Positions 29,121 through 38,736 of a stretch of DNA of 64,000 nucleotides are shown in pieces (the first letter of the stretch is position 1; every line of letters starts with the position of its first letter). A model generated the notes under the pieces. It was given only the letters and a program-made list of their open reading frames with translations, was not told the DNA's origin and ran no database searches. This DNA is from Gammaproteobacteria bacterium (lineage in GTDB: Bacteria > Pseudomonadota > Gammaproteobacteria > JABABF01). The stretch is from positions 1,152,001 to 1,216,000 of the forward strand of contig OZ250153.1 in NCBI GenBank assembly GCA_965237805.1. Direction: 5' to 3'. The translations under genes were made by a program, and so were the position numbers.

Positions 29121-30611
29121 CTACAAATCGCCTGCGCCGCTGTCGAAGGCTTTGGCATAGCGGGCGGCGGCCTCGTCATCCTCCTCTTCGACCACTTCAG
29201 CAAAGCGCATGTGCCGGCCGTCGAATTGCAACATGCAGTGGCCGGTGGGGCCGTTTCGCTGCTTGGCGACAATCATCTCGATCTTCCGCTGCCCCGGTGC
29301 TTCGCCGCTCTCCTTGGCTTTATCCCGGTGTAGGATGATGACCACATCGGCATCCTGTTCGATGGCACCCGAGTCGCGCAAGTCAGACAGCTCCGGGCGG
29401 CGCTCGGCAAATTCTAGACCGCGGCTCAGCTGGGAGAGTACCAGCATCGGGCAATGGAATTCCTTGGCCAACGCTTTCAGACTGCGGGTGATGCCAGCCA
29501 ACTCCAGCGTGCGGTTCAGTAGCCGCCCGTCCTTGGGCCCTTCCATCAATTGCAGATAGTCGATGACGACCAGTGCTAGCTTCCCGGTGCGGCGCTCCAA
29601 CCGACGCATGTGGCGGCGCACATCGCTGATCCGCAGCGTCGAGCTGGGATTGATAAACAGCTGGGTCTTTTGTATTTGACCGGCAGCTTGTGAGATGCGC
29701 TCCCATTGCTCTTGCTGCCAGCGGCCAGCGCGCAATAGGCTGGCCGAGATGTTGGCCCAGTCGGCGATGAGGCGGGTCATCAGCGCGCTACCCGACATCT
29801 CAAGGCTGAATACCAGCACCGGTTGCTCGGCACTTTCGCGGATCACCTGACGCACGATGTTCATCGCCAGCGCTGTTTTGCCGGTGGATGGCCGCGCGGC
29901 GAGAATCACCAAATCCTCTTCCTGCAGGCCGTTGGTGATCCGATTCAGCCATGCAAAACCGGTGCCCAAGCCGCTCAGCTGACCGCCGCGCTCGAACAGA
30001 GCCTCCAAACGGTTCAGCATTTCATCGGTCACTACCCGAGCGGGCTCCGGGCCTTGCCTGCCACCAGCGCTGTCGCTGAGAGCGAACAACGCGCTTTCGG
30101 CCTCCTCCAGCAGCTCCATACCGGCGGCACCTCTCGGCTCCTTAGCACGGGCGGTGATTTGTTGCCCGGTGCGCAGCAGTGCGCGGCGCAGTGCGCAGTC
30201 GCGCACCAGCTGGGCGTAGCTGAGTATATTGGCCGCGCTCGGCGTGTTGGCGGCCAGCGTCTGGAGGTATGGGATGCCGCCGATCTGCTCGAGCTCTCCC
30301 TTGCTCTCCAAGACTTGCGCCAACACCACGGGATCTAGCGGTTGGCCCGTGGCATCCATGTGCAATGCGGCCGCGTACAGCAGGCGGTGCCCGGGCTTGT
30401 AGAAATCCGTTGTTGTCAGCAGCCCGTTGACTTCTTCCCATGCTTCATCCGCCTCTGGTCCGACCAGTAGCAGGCCGCCGAGTACGGCTTGCTCGGCGGC
30501 GATGTCGTAGGGCGGATCAACGGTATCGTTTGTGCCAGTGGTCGGGATTTGCATCGTCCCGTCCCCGTCTGCGAGGGGTTCCTCGGCCAGTGGTCGCGAA
30601 TCTGGCTGCAC
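29121..30611 (-). CDS. dnaB: Replicative DNA helicase (no intein)
   Basis: AEQAVLG, AARPSTGKT, FSLEM, IDYLQLM, LSQLSR, DLRDSGAIEQDAD, KQRNGP. Confidence 0.95.
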   Translation of the reverse strand: MQPDSRPLAEEPLADGDGTMQIPTTGTNDTVDPPYDIAAEQAVLGGLLLVGPEADEAWEEVNGLLTTTDFYKPGHRLLYAAALHMDATGQPLDPVVLAQVLESKGELEQIGGIPYLQTLAANTPSAANILSYAQLVRDCALRRALLRTGQQITARAKEPRGAAGMELLEEAESALFALSDSAGGRQGPEPARVVTDEMLNRLEALFERGGQLSGLGTGFAWLNRITNGLQEEDLVILAARPSTGKTALAMNIVRQVIRESAEQPVLVFSLEMSGSALMTRLIADWANISASLLRAGRWQQEQWERISQAAGQIQKTQLFINPSSTLRISDVRRHMRRLERRTGKLALVVIDYLQLMEGPKDGRLLNRTLELAGITRSLKALAKEFHCPMLVLSQLSRGLEFAERRPELSDLRDSGAIEQDADVVIILHRDKAKESGEAPGQRKIEMIVAKQRNGPTGHCMLQFDGRHMRFAEVVEEEDDEAAARYAKAFDSGAGDL

Positions 30612-30644
30612 GGCGTTGTCCTATCGTAGCTGCTGCCAGCGTCC

Positions 30645-31094
30645 TCAGGCGGGCAATACGGCCAATTTCAACTCGACAGGCTCTTCTCCCGCGATGCGCA
30701 GGTGAATTTCGTGCTCGCCGAGCTCGCGTATCGGCCCATCGGCCAATTCCACCTGCGTTTCCTGCGCTGTCACCCCAACATCGGCCAGCGCGGCGATCAC
30801 TTCAGTCGGGCCGACCGAGCCGTAGAGCTTGCGCTCCTCGTTGACCTTGACCTCCACGGTGAGGGTTTCGACAGCCTCCAACTGTTGCAGCAATGCTTGG
30901 GCGGCCGCGTGCCGTTCCGCTTCGCGTTGCTCCAATTGGCCACGCTGGGCCTCGACTTGAGCGCGGTTCTCCTCGGTTTCTGGCACCGCTTTGCCCTGTG
31001 GGAACAAGTAGTTCCGTGCGTAGCCCGGGCGCACTTCGGCGGTGTCGCCCAAATTGCCAAGTTTTTGTATTCTGTCCAGTAAGATGACGCGCAT
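30645..31094 (-). CDS. rplI: 50S ribosomal protein L9
   Basis: MRVILLD, GYARNYLFPQGKA, KLYGSV. Confidence 0.96.
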   Translation of the reverse strand: MRVILLDRIQKLGNLGDTAEVRPGYARNYLFPQGKAVPETEENRAQVEAQRGQLEQREAERHAAAQALLQQLEAVETLTVEVKVNEERKLYGSVGPTEVIAALADVGVTAQETQVELADGPIRELGEHEIHLRIAGEEPVELKLAVLPA

Positions 31095-31112
31095 GATCTG
31101 GCCTCGCAATCG

Positions 31113-32054
31113 CTATATTTCTGAATCTGGGGAGTGGTTATCCGACTGGTCGGTTGGGGGTGTCTCGTCGTTCTGCCGAGCTTGCGCCAAGCGTTGGCGG
31201 AAGTTGAAAACACCGTCCAGCGCTAACAGCGTGATTGCCACCACCGGCACCACTACCATTATTCCATAGTGTACGCCCAACCAAGCGCCGCTCAGCCGCC
31301 CGGCGGCCACAGCGCCGTGTCCCAGTGCCGCGCTGGCGAACAGCAGGGTCGGCAGCGACAGGCTGAACCACTCGCGCCAGCCCTGTTGTGCAGCAGCCAA
31401 CCACAAAAGGCATAGCGGCAACAACAGCCATGGCGGTAGCCGCAGGTTGCGGAATTCCTTGCCAAAGCCGCCGGGATTGAATAACAGCGCCTGCCAGTAA
31501 CGTGCCAGTACCAGGCAGAACAGAGCGAGCAATCCAGCGGATGCAGCGAGCAGTGCCGCCAGCAGCGGCGCTTCTAGAGTAGGGGGCAGCTGCTCGATGC
31601 CGGACTCCTGCCACAGTTCGCGCACCAGCGCCGAGAGGCGCATGGCTTCCATCGACAGCGCTTCCGGGCTGAGGCGGAGCAACAGCAGCTGCGCCAACGA
31701 CACCAGCAACAGTTGGGTGATCAGCACCACATTCCAAGACCGACCGCCATGGAGTAGCGCGGCGCACAACAGCGCCAGCGCGATGGGCCATTCCCACGGC
31801 ATCAGCGGCTGTCCACCGCCGAAGCCGATGGAGCCAGGCATGCGACCGCTCAGTGTGGCGTCCAGCAACCAAGTCAAGGCCACCGCAAGACCGAAGGGCA
31901 GAGCGAGTGCGGGGCGACCACGATTTAAGTAGGCGAGCAGTAGTAGGGCAGTGCCCAAGACCAGCGCCGCCGGGACATGCAAAAACAGTAAGGCGGCGGC
32001 GATCAGTGCCGTGCGCAGCGGCCTTGCGTGCAACCATTCCAGCAGGGTGTGCAT
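31113..32054 (-). CDS. Membrane protein (DUF2232/YybS-like) between rpsR and rplI
   Basis: Multiple TM segments; ARYWQALLFNPGGFGKEF motif; conserved position. Confidence 0.8.
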   Translation of the reverse strand: MHTLLEWLHARPLRTALIAAALLFLHVPAALVLGTALLLLAYLNRGRPALALPFGLAVALTWLLDATLSGRMPGSIGFGGGQPLMPWEWPIALALLCAALLHGGRSWNVVLITQLLLVSLAQLLLLRLSPEALSMEAMRLSALVRELWQESGIEQLPPTLEAPLLAALLAASAGLLALFCLVLARYWQALLFNPGGFGKEFRNLRLPPWLLLPLCLLWLAAAQQGWREWFSLSLPTLLFASAALGHGAVAAGRLSGAWLGVHYGIMVVVPVVAITLLALDGVFNFRQRLAQARQNDETPPTDQSDNHSPDSEI

Positions 32055-32078
32055 CTGCTGGTGCCTATGCCAAACCGC

Positions 32079-32321
32079 TCAGAGGCGGTGGTGATCCGTA
32101 TAGGGCAGCAGGGCGAGGAAACGCGCCCGCTTGATGGCCACCGCCAGCTGTCGCTGGTAGCGGGCGCGGGTGCCAGTGACCCGGCTCGGCATGATGGAGG
32201 CGATTTCGCTGATGAAGTCGCGCAACACGTCTATGTCTTTGTAATCGATTTCCTTGACACCTTCGGCGGTGAAGCGGCATTTGCGCCGGACGCGGAAGCG
32301 ACGTTGTGGGGCTTTGCTCAT
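32079..32321 (-). CDS. rpsR: 30S ribosomal protein S18
   Basis: [35 protein letters not shown]. Confidence 0.96.
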   Translation of the reverse strand: MSKAPQRRFRVRRKCRFTAEGVKEIDYKDIDVLRDFISEIASIMPSRVTGTRARYQRQLAVAIKRARFLALLPYTDHHRL

Positions 32322-32980
32322 GACTGTGCCTCCTCGGTCACTTCGTCCGCATTTTCAGGCTGGTCATCGGACGGCGCTTCTGCGGGAGCTGCCTGCTCCT
32401 CGTCGTTGCCGGTCGCCGCGTCGTCATTTTTCGCCGGGGTGTCGCCTGCCTCGGCCACTTCGTCCGCATTTTCAGGCTGGTCATCGGACGGCGCTTCTGC
32501 GGGAGCTGCCTGTTCCTCGTCGTTGCCAGTCGCCGCGTCGTCATTTTTCGCCGGGGTGTCGCCTGTGTCGGCTGCCTCGGCCTCGTCGCTCTGTGCGGCG
32601 CGGAGCGCCTGTTGCTGTGCCCAGCGTTGTGCTCGGGTCGCCTCGCGGTCATCGTCGAGGCGTTTTTTGCGCATGAGCACCGATTCCCCCGTCTCCGCCT
32701 CATCGCGTCGCAGCACCAGATGGCGCAACACGGCGTCGTTGTAGCGGAAGATGCGCTCCAATTCGTTCAGTGTGTCCCGCCCGGCTTCAATATTCATCAG
32801 CACATAGTGAGCCTTGCCAAGTTTGCCGATTTGATACGCCAGCGGGCGGCGTCCCCAGTCTTCGAGGCGGTGCAATATGCCGCCATCTTTGCCAACCAGT
32901 TCCTTGTAGCGCTCGATCATGGCGGGCACCTGTTCGCTTTGGTCCGGATGGACCATGAATACGATTTCGTAATGTCTCAA
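32318..32980 (-). CDS. rpsF: 30S ribosomal protein S6 with long duplicated acidic tail
   Basis: TTG start then [35 protein letters not shown]. Confidence 0.95.
   Translation of the reverse strand: MRHYEIVFMVHPDQSEQVPAMIERYKELVGKDGGILHRLEDWGRRPLAYQIGKLGKAHYVLMNIEAGRDTLNELERIFRYNDAVLRHLVLRRDEAETGESVLMRKKRLDDDREATRAQRWAQQQALRAAQSDEAEAADTGDTPAKNDDAATGNDEEQAAPAEAPSDDQPENADEVAEAGDTPAKNDDAATGNDEEQAAPAEAPSDDQPENADEVTEEAQS
32332..32565. repeat. Tandem direct repeat, 2 x 117 bp, in the rpsF 3' region
   Basis: CTTCGTCCGCATTTTCAGGC... starts at 32341 and 32458; encodes the 39-aa unit [36 protein letters not shown](A/T)E. Confidence 0.95.
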
Positions 32981-32983
32981 AGT

Positions 32984-33030
32984 TTGCCCCGTGGATCTTG
33001 CCCCAGTGCTCGGCACTTAGAGCGAGGAAT
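32984..33030 (-). promoter_or_regulatory. Putative S6:S18 ribosomal leader
   Basis: Minus strand reads TTCCTC-GCTCTAAGTGC-CGA-GCACTGGGGC-AAGAT-CCA-CGGGG just upstream of rpsF; TATAAT at 33062-33067. Confidence 0.5.
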
Positions 33031-33117
33031 CGATGGCCTCAGAAATTTTTGCCGGATGCGAATTATAGTCGCATCCCAGCGCGGTCGGCAAGCCGGGCGG
33101 TGGTAGCGGTGGCATAT

Positions 33118-34281
33118 TCAGTCTCTGGCGGCACCGCGCTTGAAGGGCAACAGCTCCGCTGCGGCTTCGCGGTATTGGCCGACATGCTCCGCTTCGTGGG
33201 CGACGAAATCTGCCACGGCGCGGTGGAAAGCGGCGTCGGCCATCCAGTGACAGGAGCTGGTTTCCACTGGCAGAAAGCCGCGGGTGATCTTGTGCTCGCC
33301 CTGCACGCCCGGATCGAAGCGCTCCAGTCCCTCCCGCAGGCAATAGTCGATGCCTTGGTAGTAGCAGGTCTCGAAATGCAGATGATTCACTGCTCGTAGC
33401 GTACCCCAATAGCGCCCGTAGAGCGCCTTCCCGCCGCGCAGGCACAAGGCCACTGCGATGGCCTCGCCACTCTGCTTGGCGATGAACATCACCAGTGCTT
33501 CGGGCATCGACTGCGCCAAGCCAGCGAAAAATTCCGGTGACAAATAGCCGCCGTGCCCGCTGTGGCGGGCGTAGGTCTGTTGGTAGCAACGATAGAACAA
33601 CGCCCAGTCTGCGCTGCCGATCTCATGGCCGACGCGCGTCTCATGGTCGACACCCTGCTCGCGCACCAGTCGCCGCTCGCGGCGCAGGGTCTTGCGCCGG
33701 CGCGAGGTGCAGCTGGTCAAGTAGTCGTCGAAGTCACGCCAGCCCTCGTTGCGCCAGTGGAAATTGCAAGCGCTGCGGTGCAACATACCTTGGGCTGACA
33801 GCAGGGCGTGGCTGTCTGCGTCGGGGAACAGCACATGCCAAGAGGATATGCCGCGCCGTTGCGCCAGCTCGCGCACGGCATTGCACAGCGCGGCAGCCAC
33901 CGGGGTGGCCTCCACTGCCGGATCAATGGCCAAGCGCGGGCCGGTCACTGGGGTGTACGGAATCGCACTCAGCAGCTTCGGGTAGTAGCGCCTGCCGCTG
34001 CGCTGCCAAGCGTCAGCCCACAGATGGTCAAATACGAATTCGCCGTATGGATGGCTTTTGAGGTATAGCGGCATCAACCCCAGCAGGGTGCCGTCACGCC
34101 GACACAGTGCGTGGTGGGGTTCCCAGCCGCTGTCGGCGGTGGTCGCGCCACTGTGCTCCATGGCAAGCAGGAACTCGTGCCACAACAGGGGGTAGTCACG
34201 ACCAGCCAGCGCATTCCACTCCGCCGCATCCACCTCGGCTATTGAATGGCAGAAGCTCACTGCCATCGCGGCGGGGCTCAT
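33118..34281 (-). CDS. FemAB-like GNAT protein (DUF482)
   Basis: PLYLKSHPYGEFVFDH, YYPKLLSAIPYTPVTG, LYGRYWG, LHFETCYYQG, QGEHK. Confidence 0.9.
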   Translation of the reverse strand: MSPAAMAVSFCHSIAEVDAAEWNALAGRDYPLLWHEFLLAMEHSGATTADSGWEPHHALCRRDGTLLGLMPLYLKSHPYGEFVFDHLWADAWQRSGRRYYPKLLSAIPYTPVTGPRLAIDPAVEATPVAAALCNAVRELAQRRGISSWHVLFPDADSHALLSAQGMLHRSACNFHWRNEGWRDFDDYLTSCTSRRRKTLRRERRLVREQGVDHETRVGHEIGSADWALFYRCYQQTYARHSGHGGYLSPEFFAGLAQSMPEALVMFIAKQSGEAIAVALCLRGGKALYGRYWGTLRAVNHLHFETCYYQGIDYCLREGLERFDPGVQGEHKITRGFLPVETSSCHWMADAAFHRAVADFVAHEAEHVGQYREAAAELLPFKRGAARD

Positions 34282-35141
34282 GCCATTGCGGTGGCGAGGC
34301 CAGCAAAGACAGCGGCTCCGACCCAGTTGTTGTTGCGAAAGGCGCGGAAACAGCCCTCCCGTTCGCGCCGTCGCGCGAGCCACTGCTGATAGCCGAACAG
34401 CGCCGCTGCCACCGCGATGGCGGCGACATAGGCGACTCCCAGCCCGGCATCGCTCCCGAGCCGCCACAACAGCGCCAGCGCACCCAGCTGTAGTAGTGCC
34501 GTGCACAGCAGATCGGCGCGCCCGAACCACAGCGCCGTCGAACCGATGCCCAGTATGCGATCGTCCTCGCGGTCCACCATGGCATAGAAAGTGTCGTAGC
34601 TGACCACCCACAGCAACACCGCCGCGTACAGCCCCCAAGCCTGTGGTGGTGGCGGCGCGTTGTGCACAGCGGTGTAGGCCATCGGCACAGCCCAGCCGAA
34701 GGCAAGGCCCAACACCAGCTGCGGGGCCTTGAGCCAGCGTTTGGTGAATGGGTAGAGTGCTGCCAGCGCGGCACCGACCACTGCCAGCGCCATGGTCAGG
34801 GGGTTGGTCAGAGCCACCAAGGCGGCGGCTGCCAGCGCCAGCACCAGCGCCGCCACCAAGGCCTCGTGCGGTTGCAGAGCACCGGTGGGTAGCGGACGGT
34901 GTGCGGTGCGCGCCACCAGGCCGTCGATATTGCGGTCGGCGTAGTCGTTGATGGCGCAGCCAGCGGCGCGCATCAGCCATGCACCGGCGATAAAAATGGC
35001 CAGTAGCTGCCCCGACGGCCGCCCCTCGCTTGCCAGCCACAGCGCCCACAGTGTCGGCCACAGCAGCAATAGGAAGCCGATCGGATTCTCGCCGCGTAGC
35101 AGCTGCCAGTACGCCGTGATGCGGCTGGTTGCGGCGCTCAC
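34278..35141 (-). CDS. ubiA: 4-hydroxybenzoate octaprenyltransferase
   Basis: PIGFLLLLWP, GCAINDYADRNID, RPL, YDTFYAMVDREDD. Confidence 0.95.
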   Translation of the reverse strand: MSAATSRITAYWQLLRGENPIGFLLLLWPTLWALWLASEGRPSGQLLAIFIAGAWLMRAAGCAINDYADRNIDGLVARTAHRPLPTGALQPHEALVAALVLALAAAALVALTNPLTMALAVVGAALAALYPFTKRWLKAPQLVLGLAFGWAVPMAYTAVHNAPPPPQAWGLYAAVLLWVVSYDTFYAMVDREDDRILGIGSTALWFGRADLLCTALLQLGALALLWRLGSDAGLGVAYVAAIAVAAALFGYQQWLARRREREGCFRAFRNNNWVGAAVFAGLATAMA

Positions 35142-35767
35142 ATCGTGTTACTGCTGCGCTCGAGCCAGCGTTGGAAGATCGGCATGAAGACCTCGCTGAG
35201 CAGCATCGATTGGCCGTCGAGCAGAAATAGGGAGCGCCGCCCCCAGACACTTTGGGCGCAAGGCAGACCGCTGGACAGGGGCGGTGCGTCGCCACCGAGC
35301 TGTGCCACTTGGAAAGCGCTACGCGCAATGCGTGGGCGCTGTGAGAGCGCTGTTCCCAAGGGGCGCTCGCCGAGAGCTCCGAACCAACGGAAGGGGCCGC
35401 GCAGGGCGCGCCGCAGGGCAACGGTGCGGGCCAGCATCCACAGCTCGGAACCACACAGCAGCTGCACTTCGCGCACCAATGCGGGCTGCGGCTGACGCAG
35501 CCCCAGCGCCCGGGCCTCGGTGCGGCTCAGCGGCATCCAAGCGCAGCGCGTTACGCGCACCCGCATCGGCAGGCCGCTGGCCTCCTGCATCAGGCGACTG
35601 GTAGAGCGGCGGTCGAACAGCCAGCGGGCGACCTGCGGCGGCAGCTGATGGCGGCGGCGCACGCCGTCGCGCCAGCGTGGCTGGCCGGGAATGGGCTTGG
35701 GCGGTGGCAGGCTGCGTGCCGCAACGCGCGGCGCACGGCGGCGGCTGGAAATGATGCGACGGTACAC
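35138..35767 (-). CDS. ubiC: Chorismate pyruvate-lyase
   Basis: REVQL, ARTV, LGERPLG, WGRRSLF, LLSEVFMP; directly upstream of ubiA. Confidence 0.85.
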   Translation of the reverse strand: MYRRIISSRRRAPRVAARSLPPPKPIPGQPRWRDGVRRRHQLPPQVARWLFDRRSTSRLMQEASGLPMRVRVTRCAWMPLSRTEARALGLRQPQPALVREVQLLCGSELWMLARTVALRRALRGPFRWFGALGERPLGTALSQRPRIARSAFQVAQLGGDAPPLSSGLPCAQSVWGRRSLFLLDGQSMLLSEVFMPIFQRWLERSSNTM

Positions 35768-35977
35768 AGCAGAAATTATAGAGGGCGGTGGTGGCAGGGG
35801 CGTGCAGACCTGCGTGGCGAGTGCTGGCTGCGGCTTATAATGGCGCTACTGGTGTCTCGACGCACACAAAGCGTAGCGCCCTGGCGGCGCTTTAGGCAGG
35901 GGCGGGCGGCAACGATGCGCGCTATGTCCGCACGTTGCCACCCCCCACAAGCGATCGTGCCATAGTGGATAGAGCAG

Positions 35978-37156
35978 ATGAGCGATCACGACCCCATTCT
36001 TGTCATCGGTACCGGCCTCGCCGGTTGGAACTTCGCCAAGGAGTTCCGCAAACACGACCAAGAGACGCCGCTGACCCTGCTCAGCGAAGATGACGGACGC
36101 TTCTATTCCAAGCCGATGTTGTCCACCGGCTATACCCGCGAGCAGACCCCGGAGGATTTGGTGATGGCCGAGCCAGCCGAAGTGTCTGAGCAGCTGAAGT
36201 TGCAGGTGTTGGCCCCCGAGCGCGTCCTCAGTATCGACACCGCTGCACGCAGCCTACAGGCCGAGCGGGCTGGCAGCCTGTCGTGGAGCAGCTTGGTGCT
36301 GGCGCAGGGCGGCGAGGTCATCACGCCGCCGCTGGAGATCGAGGAAGCCGCGGTCGGGCGGGTGTTTTCGGTCAACAGCCGGGTCGACTATGTGCGCTTC
36401 CGCGAGGCTTTGGAGAGCAGCGGGGCGCGCAAACTGCTGATCATCGGTGCCGGCCTGATCGGCACCGAATTTACCAACGACCTGATCAACGGCGGCTACG
36501 AGGCCGAGGCGGTGGATCCACTGGGCTGGACCCTGCCCACGCTGTTGCCGGAGCAATGCGGCAAGACCGTGCAGGCGGCGCTGGAGCGGCTCGGTGCGCG
36601 CTTCCATTTCGGCACGGTGGTGGATCGCATCACCGTCGGTGCGGGCGGTGCGGGGGTGGTCGGCCATCTCGCCAATGGCGAACAGGTGGCCGCCGACCTA
36701 GTGGTGTCGGCTGTCGGTGTGCGCCCCCGGGTGGGATTGGCCCGCGAGGCTGGCTTGGAGGTGCATCGGGGCATCGTCGTCGACCGCCAGTTGCGCAGTA
36801 GCGCCGAGTATGTCTACGCCCTCGGCGATTGCGCCGAGGTGGCTGGCCATGTGCTGGTCTATGTGTTGCCGTTGATGGCCTGTGCCCGCTCGCTGGGCAA
36901 GACGCTGGCCGGTGAGCCCACCGATGTCATTTATCCGCCGATGCCGGTGATGATCAAGGTGCCAGCCTGTCCGGTGATTGTCTCGCCGCCGCCGCAGGAC
37001 GTGGATGGGGAATGGAGCATCGAGCAGGACGGCGACGACACGGTCGCCAGGTTCAGCGATGCCGACGGTCAGCTGCGCGGCTTCACCCTGACCGGGGCCG
37101 CCGGTGTCAAGCAGAAGATGCGCCTGCAGAAAGAGCTGCCGCCGATACTGGCCTGA
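35978..37156 (+). CDS. rubB: Rubredoxin-NAD(+) reductase-like FAD oxidoreductase
   Basis: VIGTGLAG, YSKPMLS, IGAGLIGTEF, YALGDCAE, VLPLM; divergent from ubiC, as in Pseudomonas. Confidence 0.8.
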   Translation: MSDHDPILVIGTGLAGWNFAKEFRKHDQETPLTLLSEDDGRFYSKPMLSTGYTREQTPEDLVMAEPAEVSEQLKLQVLAPERVLSIDTAARSLQAERAGSLSWSSLVLAQGGEVITPPLEIEEAAVGRVFSVNSRVDYVRFREALESSGARKLLIIGAGLIGTEFTNDLINGGYEAEAVDPLGWTLPTLLPEQCGKTVQAALERLGARFHFGTVVDRITVGAGGAGVVGHLANGEQVAADLVVSAVGVRPRVGLAREAGLEVHRGIVVDRQLRSSAEYVYALGDCAEVAGHVLVYVLPLMACARSLGKTLAGEPTDVIYPPMPVMIKVPACPVIVSPPPQDVDGEWSIEQDGDDTVARFSDADGQLRGFTLTGAAGVKQKMRLQKELPPILA

Positions 37157-37302
37157 ACTCTGCTGGCTCCAGCCGAGCCGCGCTGAGGATGCCTCCAAGC
37201 GCGGGCGCTATGCTTACAATAAGAGCTAGGCGTTGCGGTTTGCATGGCATGACGCGCTTGCGCTGAGCGCCAGCATCCGGTAGCGATCACGGGAGCTCAG
37301 TC

Positions 37303-38667
37303 ATGGCACCAACACTTTCTCTTTGGCGGCAGCTAGCCGAGCGGCTTGGCTCGATCTTTATGTATCCGGCACCCCTGTGGCGCAGGTGGCAGGCATTGGC
37401 CTTGCACTGGCAGATCCTCATCGCCGTGTGCTTGGCCGTGCTGGCGGGGCTCGGCACAGCGTCGGACTCTTCGTGGTTGGGGGTTTACTCCTTCATCGGC
37501 ACCTTGTTCCTGAACGCATTGAAGATGGTGGTGGTGCCGCTGGTCAGCGCCTCCATCATCTGCGGCGTCTCGCGCCTCGGTGGCCGCGATCTCGGTCGCT
37601 TGGGCGGCAAGACCTTGGTGTTCTACTTGGCGACCGGGCTGCTGGCCGTCACGGTAGGCTTGACGGTGATCAACATCGTGCGCCCCGGCTTCATCGACGG
37701 CGCACCGGCCGGGGCGGTGCTGGGAGCCCATGTTGATTCCGCGCAGATCGAGAGCAGCTTGGAGAAAGTCGCCGGCCGCGGCTTGGGCGACTTGGTCGGT
37801 GTCTTCTTGCGCATGGTGCCGACCAATGTGGTGGGGGCGGCTGCTGGCGGGCAGATGCTGGCGCTGATCTTCTTCAGCCTACTGTTCGGATTCTTCCTGT
37901 CGCGCACCGAGAGTTCGGGTGGCGAGACCATGCGCCGCTTCTGGGAGGGATTGCTCGAGGTGATGATGAGCATCACTTGGTGGGTGATGCGTTTCGCCCC
38001 GCTGGGGGTATTCGGTTTGGTGGCGAAGACCGTCACCATCACCGGCTTCGGGGCGTTTGCCTCATTGCTGTGGTTTTTCCTCGGCGTGCTACTGGCGCTG
38101 GCGCTCCACGCCTTCGTCACCCAGCCGTTGATTTTGCATTGGTTCGGCGGTTTTAGCTGGATGCAGGTGCGGCGACACTACCGCGCCGTGTTTCCGGCGC
38201 TGTTGACGGCGTTTTCCACCGCCTCGTCCTCGGCCACACTGCCGGTGACATTGAATTCCGTGCGCCGTCGCGCCGGGGTTTCCGAGCGCACCTCCAGTTT
38301 CATCGTGCCGCTGGGCTCGACGGTGAACATGGACGGCACCGCGCTCTACGAGTGTGCGGCGGTGCTATTCATCGCGCAGGCCTACGGTGTGGATTTATCG
38401 CTGGGCGGGCAGATCATCATCGTGCTGACAGCCTTGCTGACCTCGATCGGCGTGGCGGGCATCCCCTCGGCCAGCTTGGTCGCCATCACGGTGATCCTCA
38501 CGGTCTTGGGTTTACCGCTGGAGGGCATCGGCCTGCTGTTGGTGACCGACCGGGTATTGGACATGTTGCGCACAGCGGTGAATGTCTTCGGCGACACCTG
38601 TGGGGCGGTGGTCATCGCCCGCCTCGAAGGCGAAGAGGGGGTGTTGGAACGGGAGCCGGAGGATTAG
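37303..38667 (+). CDS. Dicarboxylate/amino acid:cation symporter (GltP/DctA family)
   Basis: LKMVVVPLV, FSTASSSATLP, NMDGTALYE, GVAGIPSAS, DRVLDMLRTAVNV. Confidence 0.92.
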   Translation: MAPTLSLWRQLAERLGSIFMYPAPLWRRWQALALHWQILIAVCLAVLAGLGTASDSSWLGVYSFIGTLFLNALKMVVVPLVSASIICGVSRLGGRDLGRLGGKTLVFYLATGLLAVTVGLTVINIVRPGFIDGAPAGAVLGAHVDSAQIESSLEKVAGRGLGDLVGVFLRMVPTNVVGAAAGGQMLALIFFSLLFGFFLSRTESSGGETMRRFWEGLLEVMMSITWWVMRFAPLGVFGLVAKTVTITGFGAFASLLWFFLGVLLALALHAFVTQPLILHWFGGFSWMQVRRHYRAVFPALLTAFSTASSSATLPVTLNSVRRRAGVSERTSSFIVPLGSTVNMDGTALYECAAVLFIAQAYGVDLSLGGQIIIVLTALLTSIGVAGIPSASLVAITVILTVLGLPLEGIGLLLVTDRVLDMLRTAVNVFGDTCGAVVIARLEGEEGVLEREPED

Positions 38668-38736
38668 GAGGTGGTTGGGGGAGGGGTTTAAGAATCATTT
38701 TTGATAGATGTGTCATCACGCAAAAATGGAATAGAT

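Noticed and set aside
29121-30611. Intein in DnaB
   Set aside because: Length and motif spacing are normal
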